Shown piece by piece: positions 12,691 to 27,132 of a stretch of DNA of 64,000 bases. Positions within the stretch are counted from its first letter, which is position 1, and each line of letters starts with the position of its first letter. Location of the stretch: positions 1-64,000 of the forward strand of contig NW_027366878.1 in assembly GCF_046119375.1 (NCBI RefSeq), given 5' to 3'. The notes beneath the pieces are model-generated. The model saw nothing but the letters and a program-made list of their open reading frames with translations. It ran no database searches and was not told the DNA's origin. A program made the position numbers and the translations under genes. Source of the stretch: Phyllobates terribilis. Lineage: Eukaryota.

Positions 12691-14120
12691 TCTATCAACA
12701 TACTCCTAAGCATCCCACAAGAAGTATCCATAAGCAATGGACTCCAAAACCAACAAGTGAAACCAAAAAAAGTTCATAGGAGTCTATTCCACTTGCAGAT
12801 TGCAGTGGTGACCCATATGAACTGACCAAATATTCACTTCGATCTTAGCTGCCAATAGATGCTACAGATCTAATTCAAGAGAAACCAAAAGAAACAATAG
12901 AATAATACTCGATGAAGTCCTCCTCAATTCGTTATACTAGCAACCCAGTACAGCTGATCTATACTGACAGAATACATAACAAACAAATCAAGAACTGCAG
13001 TATGATGAAGTCCCTGTACATAGCTAATAATACGTAAAGCCAGTTCCATTTCCACCATTGTTGAACCTTATACATGCAGATAACCACAAGACAATGAATA
13101 AGACCTCTAAATCCTCAATCGAAAACAAACAAATTCAATTATCTTGAACTAGGCACAATGAAACCTTAGACCTCTTAGAATGGAAGCACGAACTGCAGTA
13201 TGAGCTATGGCAGCCTATGCTTTGGAATCTCAACACCGGTTGTAGCTAGGGCAAATAGAAGGAGCAAGCCTTTAGGTGTTAGAAAGGGTACCTTGATTTG
13301 TGTCGTCGGGAGAGAGCAGAACTCGACCGTCGTGGCCAAGGAGCTCTTCGTCGCCTCCGTTCAACCTTCTGGCGCCTATCGTGATACTGAATATCGCCCA
13401 GGTGCGTGCCAAAGAAGCCCAAATGATGTACTGTTATGTCATGTGCAAGTCACATGCTAAATGAAGGCTTTTTTGTAATTCTATCCTAAACCTTATACAA
13501 TTCATCTACCCATTTTGCCGAACACTATTTTAAAAACTCAAAAAATTCAGCTAGCTTATTTAATTTCATTTACCATCACAATTCAGCTACTTTTCAGCTA
13601 TTTAGTTTCAACTAGATGAAAATTTAATTTCAGCTACCTTTATCGAACGGACCTTAAATCACCATCGAAAAAAAGAGATTGAAATCCACCGTAACTAAGG
13701 ACCGAAAATCACCACAATTCTGTAAAAATATATAAAACAACTACTACTAATATTTTTTTTTGAAAAAAAACAACTACTTATAATATAAAGAATAAGGATC
13801 CGGTGAAAACAATCCTTACGGTGTAAAGTGCGAACTTTCTCGGGTACACATATAACACGCTAATGTTCACATATAACACGCTAATGTTCATATCTAAAGG
13901 GATAGAAAAATTACCCAGAAAACGTAAAAATAAAATAAAATAACAATTCACCATTAATTACAAAAATGTCACCGCGTGGGTTCATTAAAAAAACCCATCT
14001 TTTAATCTCAGCCCTCCATTTTCTAATCTAATGGCTCAACATGCTTCACACTTCACACCATAAGGGTTGTTTTCACCGGAACTCACCTCATAATATAAAA
14101 CACCGTAGATCACGCGGATT

Positions 14121-14295
14121 TGGGCCGACAAGGCAAACAGTCGCTGGAGCCGATTATAACCCACACACGGAGCCTAGCCCAAAAAACGAGCTTTGATAAG
14201 AAAAAAAAGGTGACGGGCAAGGATAACCCGACCGTTTACTTTCATCTTCCCAAGTCCCCAACTACAAATTGCAATCAGAAAAACCCTAAACCCTA
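14121..14295 (+). promoter_or_regulatory. NOP56 proximal promoter: site II motifs plus telo-boxes
   Basis: TGGGCC at 14121, AGCCCA at 14176, AAACCCTA at 14281 and 14288. This combination is established for plant ribosome-biogenesis genes. Confidence 0.7.
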
Positions 14296-14375
14296 CTCCA
14301 GCCTCTTTCTTCGTGTTTAACCCAACCCGTGGATTGTCTCTCAACTCTCGGAGTGGAGAGTAGTTACTTCTTTCC

Positions 14376-17262
14376 ATGGCGACCTATTTGCTGTACGAGT
14401 CGTCCTCCGGTTACGCGCTACTACAAGCACACGGTATCGATGAAATTGGGCAGAACACTGAAGCAGTTCGGAACTCCGTTACTGACCTTAATCGCTTCGG
14501 CAAGGTCGTCAAGCTCGAAGCATTCCAAAACCCTTTGAGTCTGCTGTCGACGCTCTTAATCAAATCAACGCCATCTCTGAAGGTACGGTTTTGGGTGGAG
14601 ACAACAATGTTCTTTCATTTGTGGTATCCCTCCTTATTTCACTGCTTGGAGTTTCATCACTTACGTCATTATCATAGATTGGATTTTCTTTCATTCTATA
14701 ATGGTAAACTAGGGGAGTGGCTTATGTAACGGACACTGTTTCTTTTGGTTCATGATAACTATCCACTGAAAAACTAAAATATTGAGCTATCAAATGAGAA
14801 GTGATTGGAATTTCAGCTTATTTACATGGTGTTACCTTGAGTTAGGTATGAGGTTGTATTTGGTGTTTAGTCTTGAATAATGTTAAAATAGTTTGATAAT
14901 GGGCTTCAGTTCTGATGAATGAAATACGTTCATGTGAGTGTATATATAAGTTTCTTTTAGGTTGTATTTTGTTTTTTTCACTGTAATATGATGCAATAGT
15001 ATATATAAGTGATGTATGTTCTAAGTTGCTCTATTTTTTGGTAGGAATTGTGACTGAAGAGCTGAGGAACTTCTTGGAGCTGAATCTTCCAAAACCAAAG
15101 GCAAAGGATGGTGAACCAAGCTTTGTTCTTGGCGTTTCCCATACAAATATTGCATCACAGATCCACGAAGAAACCAAAATTCCGTGCAGACATAATGACT
15201 TCATTCTTGAGCTTATACGTGGTGTGAGAACTCACATAGACAGGTTCATCAAGGATTTGAAGGTCTGTAGAATTTGTAAAATGTTATATAGTAGGATTAA
15301 TGTACCTTGTCTAAACTGTGGTTTTATAAATTTCTGTAGCCTGGAGATTTGGAAAAAGCCCAACTGGGTTTGGCACATAGTTACAGTAGAGCCAAGGTTA
15401 AGTTCAATGTTAACAGAGTGGATAACATGGTTATCCAGGCTATATTCCTTCTTGACACTCTTGATAAAGATATCAATTCATTCTCTATGAGAGTAAGGTC
15501 TGTACATGGTTCTTTGTTGCCTGTTTTCTTAATTATGAGTTAATGTTGATAATATAAATATCTTGGAGTAATCTTTCTGTCATGCAGGGAATGGTATGGT
15601 TGGCATTTCCCTGAATTGGTCAAGATTGTCAATGACAATTATCTGTATGCAAGAACATGCAAGTTTATTGAGAACAAGGCAGAGCTTTCTGAGGATAAAC
15701 TAGCTGGTTTAACTGATATTCTCGGAGATGAAGATAAAGCAAGAGAGGTTATTGAAGCTGCTAAAGCGTCAATGGGTAAAGATTTTAACATTTTCTATCT
15801 TTTGCAATGTATTTCTGTTTCCTTATCTGATCTCTATTGCTATTGTTTAACTTTAGGTCAAGATCTTTCTATCGTTGACTTGATCAATGTTCAACAGTTT
15901 GCTCAGAGGGTAATGGATCTTACTGAGTACAGGAAGAAGCTTTATGACTATCTGGTCACAAAGATGAATGACATTGCCCCTAATTTGACCTCTTTGATCG
16001 GTGAAGTTGTTGGTGCTCGTCTAATTTCTCATGCTGGTAGTCTTACTAATCTAGCAAAGTGCCCTGCTTCTACACTTCAGATTCTTGGTGCTGAGAAGGC
16101 ACTCTTTAGGTATATAAATGTTTATACCAAATATGAGTTTGATGAAGAACCTTTATATTAATACACTGTTCATACTTCAGGGCTCTGAAAACAAAAGGAA
16201 ACACTCCTAAATATGGACTTATATTCCATTCTTCTTTTATTGGACGCGCATCTTCTCGCAATAAAGGTCGCATGGCTCGCTATTTGGCCAACAAATGCTC
16301 AATTGCCTCTCGTATTGATTGCTTCTCAGGTTTGTTTAAATATATTGTTTTATTACCTCAGAAATGCTGCTTTTGTTTTGTTATATGCATGGCATTATTG
16401 TGTTGTTCAGAGAGTGCTACTACCGTTTTTGGTGAGAAACTAAAAGAGCAAGTGGAGGAGCGATTGGACTTCTATGACAAGGGGATTGCACCTAAGAAGA
16501 ACATTGATGTTATGAAAGCTGCTATTGAAGTTGTCAACAGTAAAGGTAAAACTAAATTATTTAGAACAACATTGATATTGCTATGGTAGTGCTAAGGGTT
16601 CGTTTGATATCCATATCAAATTTGATATCTTGTGTTTGGTATGGGAGTATATGGATATCAGTATATCAAAATGATATCTTTTTGTGTATTTAGAGTGTTG
16701 TTTGATATCTCCTTGTGAATTATTATGTCAAAGGTGTCACTCATATCCATACGCCATACCGTATATCTCTGATATTCATACCAAACTAGCCCTAAATGCA
16801 TTGTAGTGTATCTTTTCGTCAAAAGACTTAGTACTTTCTGAACCCTAGCACATATGCAACTACTAACTGGTGATGAAATTCATTGCAGATGATGATGAAA
16901 TGGATGTTGATGAGACAGTGAGTGAGAAGAAGAGCAAGAAGAAGAAATCCAAGGGTGAAGTAGAAGAAGAGGCTGCAAATGTTGATGGTGCTAAATCTGA
17001 GAAGAAGAAGAAAAAGAAGAGTAAGAAAGAGGATGATGATGAGGAACCAAAAGAGGATTTGAAATCAGAGAAGAAGAAGAAGAAAGAGAAGCGAAAATTG
17101 GAAGAGGAAGCAGAGCAGGCACAGAGTGTTGAAGCTGATGAAGATGGAGGTTCTAAGAAGAAGAAAAAGAAGAAGAGTAAAGACGCTGAACAGAGTAATG
17201 ATGCAGAGGAAGGAGAAGGTACTAAGAAGAAAAAGAAGAAGAAATCTAAAGGTGATGAATGA
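14376..17262 (+). CDS. NOP56: Nucleolar protein 56 (box C/D snoRNP core), 8 exons; reading frame broken in exon 1 as written
   Basis: Exons 14376-14582, 15045-15262, 15340-15497, 15588-15775, 15857-16109, 16181-16329, 16411-16545, 16889-17262, all GT-AG. Motifs [74 protein letters not shown] and a KKE/D-rich tail. Exon 1 is 207 nt where 205 is needed. Confidence 0.95.
16596..16792. mobile_element. Tourist-like MITE (197 bp) in the last NOP56 intron
   Basis: TAA TSD at 16593-16595 and 16793-16795; TIRs GGGTTCGTTTGATAT and (reverse complement) GGGCTAGTTTGGTAT. Confidence 0.85.
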
Positions 17263-17844
17263 ATAGTATGATCTAGGGTTTTTTGCTGTCTATTAGGATG
17301 TTGTAAGCATCGGGTTAACTTTTGTTTAAGCTTTCTGTCTAAACCCGAAATAGAGTTAAGAATTCTTGATTCTGTTCAACTCTTTTTGTGTATTTTCTGC
17401 CTATCAAGTTATGTTTGATTATGAAATCGCTCAATTTTGTGACCACAGTTTTATGGTTGTTGGCAATGGGATTTCAGCCCTTCACTCATTTGGCTTACTC
17501 TACCAACCCTTTACCTAATCTTCTTGGTAATAGTGGCTGTGTCGGATGGGTCAGATTTGGTGGAAGGGTCTAGAGGTTATTGATTTCAATACTATAATTA
17601 TGTTTTAAGGAGATCTGATTAAGAATATATGTTCCATGAATCAAATCATTGACTTGAATTTTTCATCTTCAATCCAAAAACAAGTACATACACATCTCAC
17701 ATTTACAGAAATTCAGCAAGAATGCTTTGTATGTTTAATTCAACTATAAGGATGTTTCTCAATATAAGTGATTATTTTTGATAACTTAATCTCTTATGAG
17801 GGTTAATTAAGGTGTGGATTATATAATCTGTGTATTAATTATTG

Positions 17845-18005
17845 TGGAGTGCACTATTAAATGTACTCAAAACTTACGAATATATACTATTGAGAAATGC
17901 ACCCTCAGGAGTGCACCTGGCAGTGCTCCAGTAGTGTGCTGAGTAGTTCACTTGGTAGTGTGCTGGAGAGTGCACCGATAATATGTTGAAAAGTGCACCA
18001 GTTGA
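17845..18005. repeat. GTGCAC-motif-rich interspersed repeat (MITE-like) between NOP56 and ADK
   Basis: Cluster of AGTGCAC/GTGC motifs; a similar cluster lies at 38935-39150. Confidence 0.5.
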
Positions 18006-18466
18006 GATGAGCCCGCATGAAAAATTAGTCCGCACCGGAAACATTCTCAATCTTATAATATTATTATAAAAGTCATTTACTAGTTTTTTGGGACAAGTTT
18101 CAAAGCTTCACATATTTATTTTCAGAAAAGTGTTATTATAAATGAAAATATACTTTTAAGTCTTTTAAATTAGACCATACAGATGTATGGTAAGGCACGA
18201 ATGTGCATGAAATATGATGATGGTTGATAATTTGATATCTATCTGCTTTAATAAAACATGTGAAACAGTGAAAGGGTACATTTGTACTTTCAAGTCCCCT
18301 TGATTGAGAGAACCAAATGAGAAAGAGTTGGTGATTTGGTTACTACTGAACTGACTGAGAGACTACAAAAGAGATCTCCCACTTTACCCAAATTCCAATC
18401 CCAACAACAAGCCATTCTTCTTCTTCTTCTCTCTTTCTATCTCTAACGAACCAATTGCCGGCGAAA

Positions 18467-20417
<1,951 letters not shown>

Positions 20418-20893
20418 ACATCTTTTTAGCTTTGGCTAAAACAAATTGCTGATATTGGAATTGTATCTCATATATTTGGATCTTGCAAATCCATCGGCTT
20501 TTCTTTTTTATTTTCTCCTCTATTTTACCTTCCTGCAATGCCTCAAGGCTGAAGTTACTGCAAATTTACATGCAGACAACTCTTAAGCTTTTGCAAAGAA
20601 TAATTTATTATTTTGCACATGCTTTTTACCTCTTAGAAATTTCATCATTTAGCTTAGATTATGATTTGAGTACCAAACTCAAATATTCTTTCAAATGACA
20701 ATAAGTTCTGCACATTTTGTCACTTTTTGGAGTGGAGAGGTTGATAATATTATTTTATCACGTCTTATGCCATTTGGCTAATGATATTATATCATATTCG
20801 TGTGATAGCACAATTTCAGACGTCTTTAACCAATTTTGTCTGTTTAAATTTATTCGACATTTTTAGCTATATTTCATGCTTAATCCTTCAACA

Positions 20894-21910
20894 ATGGCGT
20901 CCGGAGAATCCAAAAACACAAGCACAGGCTACTGCTCCGCCACCGGAATCTATCAAAACCTACACCCATCCATCCCTCTACCCCCGGAATCCGACTCCAT
21001 CTCCATTTCGGACTTCATCTTTTCCTTCTTCAGCTCCTCCTCTACAACCGTCGACGTTACCACCCACAACGCCTTCGTCGACGCCGTCACCGGCGACTTA
21101 CTCTCCTATTCCGACTTCTTCCGCCAAGTCCGCTCCCTTTCTTCCACCCTCCGCCGCGGCACCTCCATTTCCCCTCCAATCAACTCCGGCGACGTCGTTC
21201 TAATTCTCTCCCCTTCCTCCCTCAAGATACCCGTCCTCTACTTCTCCCTCTTCTCCCTCGGCGCCGTTGTCTCTCCCGCCAATCCGCTACTCTCCGCCTC
21301 CGAGCTAGCTCACATAATCGGAATCTCTAAGCCGAAAGTCGCATTCGCCGTCTCCTCCTCCTCCAGCAGACTCCCCACCTCCCTCCCAACCGTCATACTC
21401 GACTCATCAGAATTCGATTCTCTCTTACATCGCGACGTCTCGTTCGCTGAGCCGGTGGTTCTCGCACAGTCAAATCCAGCAGCGATTCTCTACTCCTCCG
21501 GCACGACAGGGAGAATCAAGGGAGTAGAGCTCACGTACCGCAACCTCATAGCGATAATTACTATCCAGTACCATACGCGCCGCATCCGCGACTCGCCGGC
21601 GGTGGGGTTGCTCGGATTGCCGCTGTTCCACGTGTTCGGATTCTCACTGGTGCTGTGTGCGGTGGCGTTGGCGGAGACGTCGGTGCTGTTGCCGAGGTTC
21701 AGCTTGGAGGGGATGCTGTCGATTGTGGAGAGGTATAAGGTGACCTACATTCCGGTTTCCCCGCCTGTAGTGGTGTTGATGGTGAAGTCGGAGCTGACGT
21801 CACAGTACGATATCCGGTCATTGGACCTAATCCGCTGCGGCGGCGCCCCACTGAGTGAGGATGTTTCTCGCCGCTTCAACGCCAAGTTCCCTTGGATCCA
21901 ATTAGTTCAG
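20894..21910 (+). pseudogene. 4-coumarate:CoA ligase-like acyl-activating enzyme, exon 1 only (339 codons)
   Basis: N-terminal GYCSATGIY, AMP-binding YSSGTTGRIKGVELT, LPLFHVFGF, CGGAPL, and a GT donor after IQLVQ. The expected next exon (GYGLTE...) was not found downstream in the window. Confidence 0.8.
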
Positions 21911-23658
21911 GTTAAACCCTAAACAAATTAACATTTCTGTTTTGGTACGTAATATTTTTTTTTCACCAAAACTTAAATCATATAGATGAACCTGCTTTGA
22001 TTGAAAAATGCAGTTTACACATTTATTTTATTAATCGTATCTTTTCTTATTATAAATATTAAAAAGCCCACTCTAAGTTATCTGATTACACATATATTGT
22101 TGGTATTTATCAGCCAAAATAGGTGAGTTCAGGATTATAAATTTATTAGTGCATGATAATGAAAGATCCTTGTTCGAACATGATTAGTAGTGGAAATAAT
22201 TTATAATAAAAAATCCATTGAAACATAGCTGGATCATGTAGCGCCTTAAAGGAATCTAATCATGGAGATATTTGATGTCAAATATTTGGTAAGTTCTTCA
22301 TTTATTTTTCTATTTTTTTATATTTGTTAATAGATTGGAAACCGCCAAGTTGTCAAGGACGACATATTTTATATCGTATATATCTCTAAATGTATTTATT
22401 AAAATTTTTTAAAAATTTGATATTATTAAAATATTTATTGAGACCAATTAAACAAGACCATTTACCATTATATTTTTGCTTTATATATTGTGAGATATTA
22501 ATAAGATTTTTTTAATCCGTGAACAATGTTAAAAAGTGTTAAAAAATAGTGAGACGATAGATAAAGCAGAGAGTAGATAAAACTAGTTTAACCCATGTGA
22601 TGTGCATGTGATTTATTCAATATTTTAATTTAAAATAAAATAATTTATATATATTACAATTTTTAAATATAAATAAATAAATAATATTAATAAAGATATA
22701 TTGAGTCTCATTGATAATAAATAAATTCTGTATATCTAATATTTTTTGTAATTGTGATTGTATGCATTAATTATTTTAGTCATTTCCTTTTTATCTTTAT
22801 TAAATATCTTTATAATAAATATAAAAGATAATGTTAAAATTTTAATAATGCTAGATTTTATTTCTATAAAATTGAAGATTATAGTTCCTAATAAAAATAA
22901 GAATATTAGGAAAAATGATAATTTTCTAAATTATTGTTTCTTTTATTAAATAAGAATATCCCAGTCCCAGTCATATAATAATAAGAGAAATTTTTATAAT
23001 TTCTGTTACATGTCTGTCAAATCGGATGATATGTGACTATATTAAAAAGTACTCACTTTAACACGTGTAAAAAGCTGTTCAGAATTAATAAAAAATGATA
23101 TTTAACAAAACTAATGAGAGCCGACATATATGATTGTTTTTCATATTGATCTGATATTATATAGACATATTTCTTTTCTTTTCTCTATTAGCTTCAACTC
23201 TTACACCAAGTTGAGTACTTACTTGGTAGTGCTACTTAGAGATCAACTTGAAACCAACTTAAACATATATGATTGCGAATTGTTAAACTGAGAATGGTAT
23301 AAAGTATATTGAAATGCCTTGATAATTACTCCCTCTGTCCCGAAAAGTTTGAATAATTTGAGCAAAAGTATACAATTTAAGGTGTATTTAATGAGGAGAG
23401 AGGTATAGAAATGTGGGGGATTAAATTAATCTCAGCCAATCAAATTACAACATTGAATTTTCTGTAGCCAATGAGAAATCAGTATAATGGTGCCTAGGAT
23501 AACCAACATGGCATTAAATTGTTCTTACAACTTTACCCCTGTGTACTTATATCATCTTCAACAATCCATATTCCCTCTACCTTAACTGTCATTGTAAGTG
23601 AAAAAACAGAGAATATTTAGAGTGAAAACATAGCATTAGGGGGACTTTTTATGGAGGT

Positions 23659-25256
23659 ATGGCTTCAGCATTTTTAGACTTAAATGAGCTGCCAATAAGT
23701 GATGAAGAATACAGTTTATTACAGCATACAACTGGGAGTGGGGACCAACCAACAGAAGCTGTGGCAAACTCATCTGAACAGAATAATGAAGGCAACCATA
23801 AAACACAACAATTGCATCATCAACCAAACTCCAGGCTAAACAACAAGCAACGTATGCAGGTATTGAACACTATTCTCTCAAAATCTCAGGGGGGAAGTTA
23901 TCACATGGTGCAATAAAGCAAATATCAGAAGAATTAAATCTGTCAAAAAGAGTAATTGGAAGGATCTGGGCAACAGCTAAGCAACAACAAGCAGAGGGAC
24001 AGAGTTTCAATGTGAACAACAAGTTCAAAAACTGTGGGAGAAAACGAATCCAAGTTTCTCAAGAAGACATTATGAGTTTAAGCATGGGGGACAGAACATG
24101 CCTGAGGGATCTAGCAAGCAAGTTAGCAATTTCAAAGAGCACATGTCACAGAATGACCAAGGCGGGAGTCATAAAGCCACACACAAATTCCCTACATCCA
24201 GGCCTATCACCGGAGCACAAATTAACAAGACTGAGGTGGGTGCTCAGCTTGTTGCGGGGCAAAACATTACAAGAAAAGAGTCAGTACTACCCTATGTATG
24301 ACTTCGTCCACTTGGATGAGAAGTGGTTCTATCTCACAAAAAAGAGCACCAGAGTCTACCTAGCACAAAATGAGAAAGGCAAGTATAGAGCAGCCAGTTC
24401 GAGCAAATTCATCCCTAAGGTAATGTTTACAGCTTGCGTTGCTAGACCTAGGTTCAATGCACAGGGGGAATGCATATTTGATGGGAAGATTGGAATCTTT
24501 CCATTCACATACAAAGAGCCAGCCAAAAGGAGTTCAAAGAACAGAAGCAAGGGGACAGTTGTAACAAAGCTAGTGGACAGAGTCAACCAGAAAGTAACTA
24601 GAGCTATGCTAATTGAACAAATTCTACCAGCCATTAGAGCAAAGTGGCCTACTGATGGGATTCACAGAACAATTTTCATCCAACAAGACAATGCAAGGGC
24701 ACATATCACTCAGTCAGACAAGGAATGGCAAAACGTTTTTGTCCAAGGAGATTTCACTTTCATCCTAATTCAACAACCAGCAAACAGCCCAGACTTGAAC
24801 ATCTTAGACCTAGGTTTCTTTAGAAGCATTCAGTCCCTAATGCATAAAAAGATGCCTAAGGATGTCGATCACATGCTAGAATGTGTAACTGATGCATTTT
24901 ATGAGCTAGACCCCCTAACACTAGGCAATGTTTGGATGTCATTGCAAATGGTTATGAATGAGATACTCAAATGCTAAGGGGGCAATGGGTATGACATGCC
25001 ACACATCAGCAAGAAGAGGCTTGGATTAGAGGGGAACAAGCCAACAGAATTGATGGCACCTACTTGGGCTATAGTAGAAGCATGGAATGCAGTGAATGCA
25101 GATGCAAGTGCAGCGGGGACATCAAATACAAATGAGTCAATGAATGCACATGCAGCTAGTACGTCTAATGCAAATGCAAACAGGAACATAAACAGTCAAG
25201 AAGAAGAAGAAGAGTTGCTAGATGATGAGTTACTTGATGATGACCATGAACTATAG
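23659..25256 (+). pseudogene. DD39D mariner transposase with one frameshift and one in-frame stop
   Basis: Motifs HLDEKWF, IQQDNARAH, PANSPDLNILDLGFF, with 39 residues between the second and third Asp. Frame change at the G6 run 23889-23894; TAA at 24975-24977 followed in frame by GGNGYDMPH. Confidence 0.92.
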
Positions 25257-26719
25257 ATGCTTAGCTTAGATTATGCTTATGAATGCAATGTAATGAATGT
25301 CAACACTGAGATGAAATATCATAACCACTTGTCAAGTTATGATACTCATCTCATTGTATTTTGTTCCTATATGAACCTATTAATGTCTAGAAAGTGCAAA
25401 AACATATTCTCAGTGTCCCCAAATGAATCATTCCTCTGGCCCTAATCATACCCTAACCACGCCCAAAATGCCGCCTGAGTCATAATGACTGGTATCATAT
25501 TGGGAGGTTAGACCATAATTGTTGCTCAACAGAACCACAGCTCATTCTTAAAAGGGTGTCATCATTGAATAAAAAAGAAAATTTTAATCTCATAAATCTC
25601 CTAAAGTCCATCATTGATTTAGATCTATCAGTTGCCTAACTTCCCCAATACCATCCTTAGTCGTATTGACTGGTTGCATAAGGGAAGGTAGGCAATTGAA
25701 TATAAAAGAAAGAGGTCTAAATCTCAGTTCATAGAGATATCATCATTGATCATGCATGAATACAGCTACATGTTTTCCTAAAATTGTTCATACATCTCGG
25801 GACACAGGCAGTAAATAGGACATGGTCATGCTAATTCACAAGGTTGTATGCAACAGAACATCTCAAGGGGACATTTAAGCTTGAATAGATAAGGAAGGCA
25901 AAATGCAACTCATAAAAAGGATCATGCAAGACAACAGACAATGGGGATCAAGCACGCAAACAAGCAACTCATACTAGGGACCACTAAGCTTCAACACATA
26001 GGCAAGCAATAGGCAACTGATACTAGGGGACATTCAGAGCTTAGGCAACAGATAACTAGCACAAAAGTTAGCATGGGCAACCAGTTGTGCCCTTGCAGAA
26101 TCAGTTATAGCACAAAAAATGGTAAGAGCAACCAGTTGTGCACCTACCACGACCAATTTATCCGATACAGACCATTAGAAAGTAAAATTTACATGCAACA
26201 ACACAGGGGGACTAATCAAAATACCCAAAATACGTTGAAGGGTTAAAGACTTAGCTACTGTACGCTTGAATCATCATCATCACTGATGATGATGATTTCC
26301 TTGAAGCCTGGTGGGGGACCACTCCTCGGTTGAGTAGGCTTTGGCAGAGAGGGTGGGGGGACAACCCTCTTCTTCTTCTTTGTTGGCTGCTCCACCTCCA
26401 CCGAGGTCTCAGGTGAGACGTGGTTACCAATTCGGCCGTCACGATGACTGCACGAGTAGCTGTGTTTGCCCTTGCACGTGCCAGCTATCCAATCGCATCT
26501 CGGCTCCCGTAGTATTGGGAGCAGACATCACTGGCGCTGGGCTGCTTATCCTTGACCTTCTCCTGTGCGCGCCGCTCATCAGAGGTTGTCCACGAGCAGT
26601 CATACGGGCCTGAGACATGGCTTCCTGTGACCAACACAAACACAAAACTATTATAAGAACAACACAAATAACACAAAGAAACACCAATGGAGACTCAGAG
26701 ATGAATGTCAATATAAGGC

Positions 26720-27132
26720 AACCATGTGGGAGATTGACATTCATCCCTTCTCATGATCAATGGGGACTCAGAGATGAATGCCAACCTCCCAACATATCAT
26801 GACAAACCGTAAGCAACCAATCAAGGGACAGAGCAACCAATCAAGGGACAGAGCAACCAAGCAAGGGACAGAGCAACCAAGCCAAGTGTTAACAATCCAT
26901 GTGGGAGATTGACATTCATCCCTCAACATGAGCAATGGGGTCTCAGAGATGAATGTCAACATCCCAACATATCACGACAAACCGTAAGCAACCATGCAAG
27001 GGACAGAGCAACCATGCAAGGGACAGAGCAACCAAGCAAGGGACAGAGCAACCAATCAAGGGACAGAGCAACCAAGCAAGAGACAGAGCAACCAAGCAAG
27101 GGACAGAGCAACCAAGCCAAGTGTTAACAATC
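26720..27132. repeat. Hierarchical tandem repeat: duplicated block containing 20-bp arrays
   Basis: Unit GCAACCA(A/T)(T/G)CAAGGGACAGA, about 3 copies at 26813-26880 and 6 at 26988-27107. Each array is preceded by CATGTGGGAGATTGACATTCATCCC...CAGAGATGAATG and followed by CCAAGTGTTAACAATCC. Confidence 0.93.

Larger units (their letters stand above)
8799..13654. mobile_element. Non-autonomous PIF/Harbinger-like DNA transposon (about 4.86 kb) with internal cargo
   Basis: TAA flanks at 8796-8798 and 13655-13657. Imperfect TIRs GGCCTCGTTCGGTA and (reverse complement) AGGTCCGTTCGATA. Subterminal CAGCTAG/CAGCTA motifs at both ends. No DDE transposase ORF seen. Confidence 0.75.

Noticed and set aside
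14523-14535. Programmed -1 ribosomal frameshift rescuing NOP56
   Set aside because: The needed shift is -1, but C_CAA_AAC is not a canonical X_XXY_YYZ slippery site, no clear downstream structure was seen, and the product would carry an extra residue in a conserved motif. An error or mutation is simpler.
14583-16888. Intronic box C/D snoRNAs in NOP56 (as in vertebrates)
   Set aside because: Isolated TGATGA matches exist (about 14913, 16871) but no properly spaced C box/CTGA pair with a terminal stem or recognisable rRNA guide was found.
26813-27107. CRISPR-like array
   Set aside because: The 20-bp units are head-to-tail with no unique spacers, the context is eukaryotic, and there are no cas genes. 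The same applies to the 33-bp and 24-bp arrays.
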